DNA from: Lingula anatina
Taxonomy: Eukaryota > Animalia > Brachiopoda
Length of the DNA stretch: 64,000 bases
Direction of reading: 5' to 3'
Assembly (NCBI GenBank): GCA_051362555.1
Contig: CM120646.1
Location: forward strand, 17,918,001 to 17,982,000
Shown here: in pieces, positions 35,640-47,749 of the stretch
Layout of the letters: every line of letters starts with the position of its first letter
How positions within the stretch are numbered: position 1 is the first letter of the stretch
Position numbers and translations under genes: made by a program
Notes under the pieces: generated by a model
Seen by the model: only the letters and a program-made list of their open reading frames with translations
The model's database searches: none
What the model was told of the DNA's origin: nothing

Positions 35640-35821
35640 TAAAGATTTCCTCCATTCTACCTCATGATTAGCCACTTTGTTGTATTATAGTTCAGAGACC
35701 TGTTCAAATAAATATACAGAAGTTACTGGCCCCTGCACCGTAGTGCCCGGAGGTAGATGTTATGTATTTGCAATAATGGTATACAGTCAGCATAGAGAGC
35801 ACTTGTAAAACAACAACTTTG

Positions 35822-35863
<42 letters not shown>
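35822..35863. repeat. (ATT)n microsatellite
   Basis: Read directly. Confidence 0.95.
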
Positions 35864-37253
35864 GATGATGATAATTATGTAAAGCTGTAGAACAACTGGT
35901 TTGGGTGGGGGGAGGGGTGAAGTACAACAAATACAGGAGTTTGGATGTCTCAGGAGTAACGCAAACCGATAACCAGGATTTTATGAGTATGTAAAATTGA
36001 GTAGAGTGCTCAGAAGTCCTGAATATGGGTTAGCATTATGCATTTTAATTGTATATACATTATCTATCTATCTATCTATAAATATACATCTATCTATATA
36101 TTATATTATAAGCTTTGTAATCCTTTGAGCCCGGGTCTTTGTATTTACCAACACAAGTATATATCAAGGCTGCGGGAGAGGTTGGAGCACTTCATGGGTT
36201 AAGCGCCCCCTTCTCCATCGTCACAACAGTATGTAGGACAGAGAATATTGTTATGATATTTTTGTGCAAAAAAAGGGGAAATATCATGGATAATGAAATG
36301 GGAGATTGCCTGTTATGTGACACAATGTAAATGTATCTAAAAGAGATGAGTGTTAAACTTTGAAACAGAAATGTAGAAGAAATTGATGAAAACAATGCTT
36401 AGTTATTTTCAGAGTGATATTTTGTAGGATGTCTCTCCTCCCTCCCCTCCACTCCTGTGCTCCAACTTCAGTCCATGCACAAAATTCACCTACCGCTGTT
36501 TTACTGTGTTAGCCATGACTGTATCAATAAATGTAGGTGTACTATATCAAAATATGCTTCGTGTTTTTTATTTTCATTCAGTTCACAAAGAAAAAAATCT
36601 GTGAAACTAGATGCAGGCTTTTGCCAATTCTAAAATTGGAAGACATAAGTGATGTTGCCACACTTGACATTTTTAAATGTCAGTGGTGGTGTTTTTAAAA
36701 AATCAAACATTTGAGATCTTGCCTCAACAATTAGACTTTTTTAATAGAGTGAAAAGGGCAGGCTAACACTGGGTATTGAAAGAAAATTGTCAAAAATGAG
36801 ACCAATATATTGTAGTAAATGATTTAAACCTAGAATGAATGAATATTGCTTTTATTGAAATCCGAGAAATACTATCTTGAAATGTCAATGTGGCTTGATT
36901 CTATCATTTTGCCATGTGAGAAATAAATTACAAACCCTTTTAGTAATGCTTCAATTATTAACAATGTCTTTTTATATAAATAAAATATTTTCCTATACTT
37001 AAAAATGTCCTGAGGAGTTAACTTAAAAAAGCATTTCAGAAAGTGGAAAAATAGAGTAGGAATTCACAAAAAGATCCAAAGCCACAGAGATACAGTTTAT
37101 TATTTTTAAACATTGTCGACCACTGTGAATACTTTTTTTCAGTTGTTACATATCCATAATTCTGAAAAAGTATCTGTAAACAAAGGGGATAAGGATCTAG
37201 CATAACTTGCTCTAAGGGAGAGGCTTGTGATGTGGTAGTAGTACTTACGGGAG

Positions 37254-37267
37254 CCGCTAGAGGGCAG
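37254..37267 (+). promoter_or_regulatory. CTCF-consensus site
   Basis: CCGCTAGAGGGCAG matches the CTCF core consensus. Confidence 0.5.
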
Positions 37268-39099
37268 TAGTCTGCAGTCAGTCAGTGAAGACCAAGCAAA
37301 GTGAAATCAAACGAATGTATTAATGCATTTATTCCTGTTCTGGTACATTTATTGTTATGACCTTGAGCAATGTAAAATATTATTTTTAAGTATTGAAAGC
37401 AGTGATATGAAAACATCAGCTGATTAAAAAAAATGCGTTTGTAACAGAATGGCGAAATAAAAAAATTAGAATTGACAATTAAAATACTATTACATTGAAA
37501 TATTCTAACTAAATGGTAAAATACAACTCCATGACATATTTACAAGTTTATGAAAAACAAAATTTGAAAATAAAAAATCCTTGATCGGATACGGAGTTCG
37601 TCACACGTTGCAATCTCTACTATCAGCATGACTAAGTCGCTTCCAGCAGCTGTTTCTGGAAACATGCTGATAGAACAGGTTACCGTTCAGTAATCTTTTA
37701 TGTTTAAGGTGGAAAAATTACCTACCATTCGCTGTTGAGATATTTGAAACAAACCCATGCACAGAATCCTTTTAACTGAAATAGATAGACAGATTGATGG
37801 ACAGATTCGTGATGAATAAATGAATTTACCTCCTTAAGCTTGCTGTAGCCGACATCTTACTTGCACCAGAGATCACTTTTATCACCTGCAACTGTCTACT
37901 CGCGTATCTCTGGAGACCTTGAATTCGAAATATAAGTGTTGCCAAGACCAGGGTTTTTTTTATTGCTTGCTGTCTGTATGCATGTATTTTGATCCAGTGA
38001 TGCACATAATGTTTATGCATAGAGCGATTTTGGAATATGGTTTTGCACTTGAATTTGAATTTGGTGCGCATTGAATAGTGTAATTTAATTGTCATATTTT
38101 AGATGTCTAGGCTACGTGGAATAAGGCTTGGTAGAAAAGTAAATTTATGATTAATAGCATTTACTCGCATGTATTGAATTTTGGTATTTAGTAAACTTTA
38201 CGTGAGTGCATAGTAGGTGTAAGTTGACCCAAATCCTTCGTTGTATACAAGGTAGTCAGTGCAAAAATTGCAGTGTAATATTTAACATCGAAAACTAAAT
38301 TTTTTTTTGAACCTGTAATGAGAAGGATCGCAAATGAATGCATTAGGATTGGACAGCAGGGAAATATAGTTATATAGAGAGAAAATGTGAAAATAAAAGA
38401 GAACGTATTGTTTTATACGCGAACAATTGAGTTTTAAAACACCGCGGAGTGATTGTTTCATCTATCTCTATTGCTGTCATTATTTTATTGATGGCTTAAG
38501 TTTTGTTAATGTGAAAAGGAAAATATATAACTTTTAAGTTAAAACATAAATTAAAAACGGTTCGAAACCCCGATGAATGGTATTTAAAGAAGAGTAAGGC
38601 CCATTATTACAGACAAAAAGAAAGCTCATAAGTATCAATGGTATATATTATTTTTTCATATATACATTAGGTAATAAAAAAATTAAATAGAAGAACTGCT
38701 TTCCCTATGGTTGTTCTTATCATGTTGTAATAAAAAGCATTTCAAAGTTGTATTTTGTAATGGATTTTAGTTTTAAAATATTCTTCCTGATTTTTCTTTT
38801 ATTTTTCTTTCTTTACTATATATATATAAGCGAGTAATTGCTCTCATAGGGTCCCTCCGACAGTTTTCAAGTAAATGGCAAACCCGTATGATAAGCAAGC
38901 TCGTTCAAAAAGAAGCAAGACTTTCATAAAACGTATTCTACATGTAGTATGTAACGAAATATTGTTTCCCAGCACTTCGGTACTTTCGAAATTTGCCAGT
39001 TCCGGTTCAGTCGAAATTAGATATTTTTAGTCAAAAAAAAATTTAATATACAGTTAAAAATAAGAGCCTGATAATTTAATAATTTAAGTTATCAAGCAC

Positions 39100-39418
39100 C
39101 AAATTTTACGCCATCTTGACGTGAGACGAAAGCTACCTAAACTTATGCATAATAATATTGTTAAATACCGTCGGAGAGGTGAAAGCAACAAGAAAGGGAG
39201 GGGTGGAAATGACGAGAAAAAGACGACAACCAAGCTTCCATCGAACAGTATATCTGTTGGTCGTAGAATAAATCTTTTTATTCTTAATCTTCTAGAAGTT
39301 TGCAAACTGATGTCAATACAGCATTATCTCAATGCATTATGTCACATTATATACACATTTTTCATCATAAAGGCTACAAAGGCTATATAAAGGCTACAGA
39401 GGAAGATCACAACTTCAG
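39100..39418 (+). other. Candidate alternative first exon or upstream promoter
   Basis: YY1 motif CGCCATCTT at 39108; perfect CAG|gtaagt donor at 39418/39419. Confidence 0.4.
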
Positions 39419-39689
39419 GTAAGTCGCACACCCACATCTTTCTCGCCCCTACACACATTTAAGTGCTTAGTTTTAGTTGGAATCTCTTTCCATAATTTGT
39501 TTGATGTCCTGAAATTTAAACTTGTTGGTTAAAAGAAAAGGGTTCCGCTTTAAGTTAGCTTTTCTGTGTTTTTTATATGCCTATTTGTACATCGATTGAG
39601 GTTACAAGGTATTCCAAACCAAGCAAGTTGCTATAAAAATGATCATTTTATTCATTATCATTTTGCAATGTCACGAAAACAATTTTCTG

Positions 39690-39911
39690 TTTGATTGCGC
39701 CTGCCTAATCCCTTTTCATTGTGCCGATAGAAGCCGCCCCATTCTGAGCGCACCTGTTGCATCTATAGATGCGTCGGAGTGCGTGGGCGGAGGATGAAAC
39801 CGGAAGTGACATCATAACCTTTCAAAAAATCAATATGGCGAACGACCCACCGCTTAGAGCCCCAGTGTAGTGAGTGAAAGTGTTTTGCAGCTTTCTCCGA
39901 CAGATTTGAAG
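39690..39911 (+). promoter_or_regulatory. Housekeeping-type promoter and non-coding first exon of an unidentified downstream gene
   Basis: CpG-rich; GC boxes (CCGCCC, GGGCGG); CCGGAAGTGACATCA ETS/CRE-like composite at 39800; YY1-like ATGGCG at 39835; AAG|gtatgt donor at 39911/39912. Confidence 0.7.
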
Positions 39912-40394
39912 GTATGTCGAGCACTTAATGTTTATTACAAAGCTCTGACTCGTCTTCTATACCTGCTTCATGATGTTGACAGACACTAGAAGCTCAAAGG
40001 TAGATGAAATGGTCCAATATGCAGAACGGCGCCGTCGGTGATAAGTTCTGTCCTAATCAATGCGTGACTTCGGCAGCCAGCGCTCACTGGTTGTTTAAAA
40101 TGTTTGCCCGAGTTAACTGCTCGGAAATGATTGATAATTGCAATATTGCACCATATTGCCGTAGAAACGCGTAAGTGTTACAGCTTAAAGACGTATACTT
40201 TACTGTACACACAGCCTGGATCCTTTGTAAATTACGGTAATTACATATGACATATGCGGGATTATTTTTTTTTCTTTGAATTTTTGTTTACGTGCAGACC
40301 TTAAATAACGTCGTGCTAACAAGAGTTCTGAAGTGAGCAGTGCTCTTACTAAGGTTTTCAATTGAGGTGGTTTGCGTTGTTGTGAATGCATGCA

Positions 40395-40460
40395 TGTGTG
40401 TGTGTGTGTGCGTGTGTGTGTGTGTGTGTGTGTGCATGTGTGTGTGTGTGTGTGTGCGTG
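40395..40460. repeat. Interrupted (TG)n microsatellite
   Basis: Read directly. Confidence 0.9.
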
Positions 40461-42818
40461 TACTGCATATTAGTGTTCAATAAGACAATGAAAATCTGTT
40501 TGTAAGATTTTTTTTGTAGACTTTTTTTAATACAAAGCACTAAGAATGATATTTCTATTTATTAAATTAATGAATATCCAAAGCCTCTTCATTTGGCTAA
40601 TGACCCAAAATACAGTTAATGTTTAATGGTTTTTATAAGTTAATGGTGATATATATATGTCAGCAATGGCTTACTTTGACTCCCGAAACTATTTAATTTT
40701 GCTGATAGCAATATATAAATTTTGCTTTTCATTTGATATATTTTTCTAAAACTTTTCATAAATTTTCCATCAGTTTAAAGGCTTGAAATGAGTTTCCAAA
40801 TTTCATCGGTATGTTATATGTGCTGATAGTAGCTACTTGTGATCTGGCTGTTCATAGTCCTCATTGCAGTCAGTATTTACCTTACTAACCTTGCTATCCA
40901 GTCAGACTTAGGTTTAATTGCACAGTCATTTCCTTGCGAACATTCACCATTTATAAACCTTGAAGGGATATTTGAGTATAAAATCACAGAAGATGAACTA
41001 CCAGATCGCAATTCCTTTTTTAAAACTTTTATTTCCACCACTTGATATTCCTGGTGTTTTTCATTTGAAGTGCTACTATCACTATACTTAATCAATCAGC
41101 ATGGGGTCAATTTTTTTTCTTTGACCTACTTAAGTGATAATTTTGATGTTTGCAAGAAATCATTTTGCAATCATTATTTTATTAGGGATCAAATTGAGCC
41201 TTGCTTTTTGCTGAAAGGCTTAGATTGTAATATTAATATGAGTTTATTTCCCTGTATGTGTCTGTGTGCGCTCATGCGCATGCATGTGTGCACGCACACT
41301 GATATAGAAGAATGTATCAAATCAACATTATATTTATTATATCTCCAAAATATTTCATAAACAGTAATTTCTATTTAATATCTTTTTTCTAGGTATAACG
41401 TTGAGTATACATGCATGGAGGTGATATACATGCACACATTCATGCACGCACACATCACATACTGGTTTGCATAATAATTTGATGAAATAGCTATGTGAAA
41501 AGAAATTATTTATTAATATATTTTTATCCACAGATACACCATAAGAATGGTATATCATTTGGTTTGAGTAAAATTATCAAGCCAAGTGGCAAAAATAGAT
41601 ATCTTATGAATAATCATAATAATATGGATGTGGGGTCATATTGCCTGATTTAAGTTGGGATTATATTAATGCTGTAGTGTGGTGCTCAGATAAAGATAAC
41701 CTACACCTAATTAGCAGTGTGGGAGGGAAATACTGGAAATGGTTTTCAGTTGCTCTGGATTATTAATGTGTAATAGAGGAAGGACAGTTACAGGATTGTC
41801 ACTAGATAATGAACTTGTGGATGACAGCTATGCGCTGATTTACTTGGAAATTTCAGAAGCCTCACTTATTCTAGTATTATGCCTTTTGCAGAATTTATTG
41901 CCCATATTTACTTGCAAAATGCACATTCTGACTTGAAACCAACTTAATTTTCATAATGTAAGTCAATATATATGTGTATTATATAAAAATTTTTTGAAGA
42001 ATACCATTAATTCATGAAATTTGAATTTGATAGGTAATTAACATGAAACAAATGCACAAGGATCTGTAGAATAAGAAACACATTCTACTAGTAAGTGTTT
42101 TTAAATTAAAAAAAGAGATAATAGGATTTCAATTGACTGATGTGTATCCTGTGCATTTTTTATTGCAGCTTGTTGCACTAACAGTTTGGCTCTTGGGGAT
42201 GTCTTGGTTTTAAGTGAAAGAGCCTGAGGAGCATCTTGTTTCTAGCCTTAGACATAGAACTGCTGACGTAATTATACTGTTTGATATGGAAAGCCTGTCC
42301 TGATAATACTTACTGAATGTTGTATGCATTTGAGCCTTTTATTCCTCTTCAAAATAAGTGTAAAATTAAATGAAAAGATACATTTTTAGCTATGTTTGAT
42401 AATTATGTCTTAGACTTAGTGGCGATAGGGAGTCACCCAGACGAAATTTATTTAAAAAAAAAAAAACTGCCTTGGACAAAAACTATTGTTTTTTTTTTCT
42501 TTGTGAAATCAATTTTAATTTTAAGATGCAATGCACTGATAATGTTTTGATAGGAAAAAGCTGTCCTTTTGCGTCAATTCATCCTTCAGGGCATCAGGAA
42601 TGTAAGTTGCAGGAGGCCAAAAATGTGTAATCTGTCAAATCTTACAGCACACTAACGTAAACTGTCCTGTTTACTGAGCAAGTTTCCCATTGTTGATCTT
42701 GTCATTCACCCTGGCAGAAGTCTAACAGTTCCACATTTATTTTATGAGCATGGATGATGTAATCAGAGATCAGAGTTTATCCCGTCTATTGTTCTAGAAG
42801 AGACATAAAACACATAGG

Positions 42819-42938
<120 letters not shown>

Positions 42939-43396
42939 AGGAGGGGTTACTCTATCAGATCTGAACTTCAGAAAAAAGAAAGGAAGAAAAAAAAGAACAC
43001 ATGAAAGTCTTTGTACACGAAATTTGAATAGGCCTTAATATAGTAGTATGCTTAATAAGAAGCACACAGGAAGACAAATAAATGGTTTAGTAAAGATGTG
43101 TTAACATTAGAACCACTAGTACCTTTTGCAGGAAAAAGAGCAATAGAAATTGGCAGTCTATCATTTCTGAACTTCAATGAAAAAATTATACAATCATATG
43201 AATAATAACAAGATTGTGGAGATTTAACAAATATAATTTGATTCATATGTCCAAGGCATGACATGTTTCGTGCTAGAACCTGTCTGTTTGTCTGTAATAT
43301 GATGATGTTGATGTTTTTATTTTTATTTATTTTATTTTATTTATTTATTTATTTTTGTGTGTATATGTTAATTGGTCCTGATGTGAACATGACTTA

Positions 43397-43612
43397 CACC
43401 CCATTTCCATAGATTTTTAGATCGATCTATCTCTGAGGGGAGTCTCACTAGATTACTGTCAGCTTGGCCGGCTTAAGCGTCTGTCCCGCCTACAAAAAGC
43501 TGTAAGGGGGTAATTAACTATGGTGCCCGCTCGGCTGACTGCAATTTAGCGTGAACCCCCAGGGAGTTAGGTCGATCTAAAGTAGATCAATCTAATCTCT
43601 GGAAATGGGGTC
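43397..43612 (+). mobile_element. MITE, about 216 bp (PIF/Harbinger-like), copy 2
   Basis: TIR ACCCCATTTCCA...TGGAAATGGGGT; TTA target-site duplication. Confidence 0.8.
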
Positions 43613-46600
43613 TTAGATAAAAGGTTGTTTTCCAGCAGGTATCAGTTAGAACTGTATGTTCTCAGGAACTCCCCTCCTTTTCCTGCTCAACTCCTTTTTG
43701 TCATCTAAAGTACACCCATATTGCAATGAGAAGGTGCATTTAAATATGTGTTTAGGAGATTATTTAGCACAGATATGATAAGGTGTGCAGTGTTGCAGTG
43801 CAGCTTCAAAATCTGCATCTTCTTTGGAAAAAGAACATTCACCTGGAAATTTCTCTTATTTTTTTAGACCAAAATTTTGGTCTTATTTAGTGGAAGATGT
43901 ATCCTTTGGAACAGACTAAATTGTGGTTTTACGATGTCACCCAAAAAGAGTTCATTATGTAACTAAGTATGGATGTCAGGTGACATAATCTAGACTGGTT
44001 CTGATCAGATTAAATTTAGGTCAGGTGTGAATGCAGCAAGACGGATGAAGCAATTAGAATATTTTTGGGTCTTTTTAGTTCTTGCGTGAGCAGGCCCACA
44101 TTCTGATTATCTTTTTTTTTAACCTTGGCATTTTATAACCTTTGTTGCTAGGTAGGCAAAATGAATATTTGATATACTTTTACCCAGCTTGGATGTTTTA
44201 TTCATTGTTTTTTATCTAGGTTTATATGGCGCAAACAATGAGGAGGGAATCATATTTTTTTCATGCTGAATACTTTGATGTCGTGCCAAGCCCAGAAACT
44301 TTATTATTTCATTTTCTAGCTTTGAAGTTCCAATGAAATCTGGAGGTCATGACTCACTTCTTTGGATGGATAATTCTGAGGGTTTTTGATGTTCGTTTTA
44401 GTGTTGGCTCTATTGTTCCACCCATTGTTGCATGTTATATACCACAAGCATGCAATTTCACTAACACTGACACCAGATTGGAGGAGTCTTATCGGTCAAC
44501 CGCAATAGAAAAAAAAATATAGATTGCTACAAAGGATAACTGTCTGTATGTATGTATTTGAGCAGAGAGAATAGTGTAAGGGATGACATGTAATATTTCT
44601 CCATTCAGAAGGTTTTATCTAATTTCATTGAGATAAGAAAACTAACTAAAGTGTGAGGTTGCTAGATTTGGTATATAACATCTATAAAAAAACGTGCAAT
44701 GAAAGATATTAGAGTTGTGCGGGTTATAGGCTAAGGCTGGCAAATGGATTTTTTTTTTTCAAAATACCAGTTGTATTTTAGTAACAGACAGTAAAAGATA
44801 TGTGAAAAGATTGTTGATTCATCACTGTTATGACTCAAAATTCTGAATTTGTTTAATGCCACCATATAGTTTCATATTGTATAACTTACAAAAATATCGA
44901 AGGATGTATTGTTTCATATAACCCAAAAAAGATATTTTCTGCTTACTTTCTGTGCTGTGTATATCTGGTGTAGATAAGGTCAGATAAGGAGAGAAATTTT
45001 TTGAATCAAAATTTGATGATGCAGACTGACTATTACATAAGATGCAGTTTTAAAGCTCTTTTGTGGCTGATTGAGTGATTTATTTGATTTATCCTTGGCA
45101 AGTTGACTTTACTTGAGTCGTATAAAAAAAACTACTAGAAGTAGTTTGTATGGGGTTACTTGGAATCTACACTTGCTTTATGTCTATCTTTAAACATACC
45201 CCTACGCTCAGCACTACCAGTTAACCATAGTAATTTTTATCAGTATATTGACAAAATAGAATTGCCACCCAACCAGCTGGAAGCAATCTTGTAAAAGGAA
45301 CTAAATCTCATTTGTGGAATATTATGTAAGGACCATTCTACTAGGAAGAATTTTAATACTGATAATTGTAGCGCTCAATGGAAAAAGGGCCTCAGCGATA
45401 CAGACGTACCATGTGATTAGGTGTTAATTAACTAGCCATTTCTAGCACATAGCTCCGTTAGGTGACTCTTATGTAATAGTCAGTCTATTAATTTTCCAAT
45501 CTGTGAAAATGTTCTGATACAGTTGTACTACTAAGGGTTATGCTCGATGTGAACAAGGCTGGAAGACATTTTTAGTACTACCTATGTAACCTGTGGCTTG
45601 TTTTGTGGTGCTTTTGGTACCTTTAAACTCCTGAGTGCAAGGGCCCTTTGGTAAATATCCACTTCTTTTGCAATGATGAAAATGCCATATCTAAAAGTAA
45701 GACTTGGTGTGAAGCATCACATAAAAGAGATACCATGGAGGAGTTGAACAGATGGATGTCCTATTACTTATGTCAAGTTGGAATACTGTTATATTTCACT
45801 GTAAGTCCCATTGTTATCTTATTGTTGTCATTGTAATTTGCCAATATATTCTGGAATTGCGAAAAACATTTTCTTTGTATTTCCAGATTGAAATCCAAGC
45901 GCTAGGGATTGACTGAGCTGAGCTGAAAAGTATGTACTGTACTTGAATGTTTTAAAGTATAGTTGCAGTTGTGTCTAGTTTGGGGTTCTTATATCCACTT
46001 TTTTTCTCTCTCTTCTTCTTTCCCCCTCTTCTCTCTCTCTCTCTCCCCCCCCCCCCCCCCCACTTTCCTTCCTCTCCCAAACATACACATGCTCACATGC
46101 ACCAAAATATTTTCTCCCAAAATCAGACAAAGAAGAGGCCAAAATCGTATACGTCATCTCAAGGCAATTGTAGGTTCTCCTAGCAACAGTGTCAACTACC
46201 CTGGAGTTTAGGTGTAGCAAAGTTCAGTTTACTACTTGGTCTACCCCTCACAAAAAGTAACCGGAGTGAAAAATTGTGTTTTTCTTGAAGATGATCCCAT
46301 TCAGCGACTGTACATATGTTTATCAGACATAAATAATATACTTGGGTCCTCCCATCCTGCCTATTCATTGTGACATTACTGGTATATGTTTGCTGAAAAG
46401 TATTGGATTTATTATTTACCTGGTTCATGTCTGTGTTAATGCCCCATGCGTGAGATTATAGTTATACCTTTATCACGACTTCATTGTAAGCTGAGGACAC
46501 CAGACTTGTCCTATAGTTGACAAAAAGACCAGCCCTTGTTTGGCATGCTGGAATGTGGACATTACAGAACGTTTACACCAGACTGAACTGACTCCATTGT

Positions 46601-47581
46601 TGGGCATACCTGGAGTGTGGAACTTTTCAGCTTGATAGCAATACGTAAGTGAGGTCAAAATAGCAGTGCTGCTCATCCCTGAGGTATAACTAGTGCTTTA
46701 AATGCCAGAATAGTGAAATGTTTGTATTTGGGTTGTGATTAAATTTTTTATACAGAGGAGATAACGATTTATCTGGAACAAGGGTACTGGCAATTTTGTT
46801 GAGTAGTCTGTCAAAATTATTCTTTCTGATGTAATAAAGTAAGTTTCCTTAAATCACTATCTAAACATCCAGAGAGTCCCAGTCTGGCATGCGGTGGGTT
46901 GAACCAGGCTTGTTGTAGGTTGTACCAGCTGGCGTGTGTAAACATGACTATTGTCAACAATCTCTGTGTGAAGAGCTATTGATAGACGTTATCACCTGGG
47001 ACAAATACACACACACATGGTAGACTAAAACACATTTGAAAAGTCTGCTTGTTCAGTATAGCCTGGTGGATCAATGGGAATACACAGGGGTAAGTTTTGT
47101 CAAATTTATTGATGCTTTTCATCCTTTAAAGCATAGGGAGCAAGTTACGCACTCAAAATGCTTCAGGAAGACAATAGCAGTTTGGATCCTGTTTACTTAA
47201 TGTTCATTGTTAACCTTACATCATTCATTCATTCATTCATTTATTTATTTAATTAAAATGACATATCCAAATATGTGTATCAGTCACCTTTTACATTTCC
47301 AAGAGTACCAAATTCTTTACCACATCTGTTTGTTGGTTATGATAATATTGCTTTATCCTGAATTTAATCATTATTTTTTGCAATCATCACAGTTCATGTT
47401 TTGGACACTAAAAAAGCTCTGTTTCACCTCTATTATTGAGACTTTAAAAATGATAAAAGATAAAAATTGACACAAATTGTTGCGCAATTGCCATCAGTAT
47501 ATTACACTGGACTTACTCTGGGTTTAAGCTTCGCTGAGCCAGTCGGAATTGGTCTAAATGCGATCACGACTCAATAAGACA

Positions 47582-47749
47582 CAGGCCCGTAGCCAGCAAT
47601 TTCAAAAGGGGGGTTCTTTTTCTGAAAAAGTGGACCTTTTTCCTTAAAAACTTCATGTACCTAGATCAAATTTTACCCAGAGTGGACCTTTTCCCAGCAA
47701 AAGGGGCGGTTCTTTCGAACCCCCCGAACCCCCCCTGGCTACGGGCCTG
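47582..47749 (+). mobile_element. MITE, 168 bp, perfect 15-bp TIR, 5-bp TSD
   Basis: CAGGCCCGTAGCCAG...CTGGCTACGGGCCTG flanked by AGACA on both sides. Confidence 0.88.

Larger units (their letters stand above)
30654..36550 (+). other. Candidate long 3'UTR of ACVR2 (about 5.9 kb)
   Basis: No coding exons or recognisable transposons; AATAAA at 36526 followed by a GU/U-rich tract; earlier AATAAA near 34370 could be an alternative end. Confidence 0.45.

Noticed and set aside
37620-37680. Hairpin followed by ACA as an H/ACA snoRNA or pre-miRNA
   Set aside because: No H box or second hairpin, and the large asymmetric bulge fits neither a pseudouridylation pocket nor a Drosha substrate
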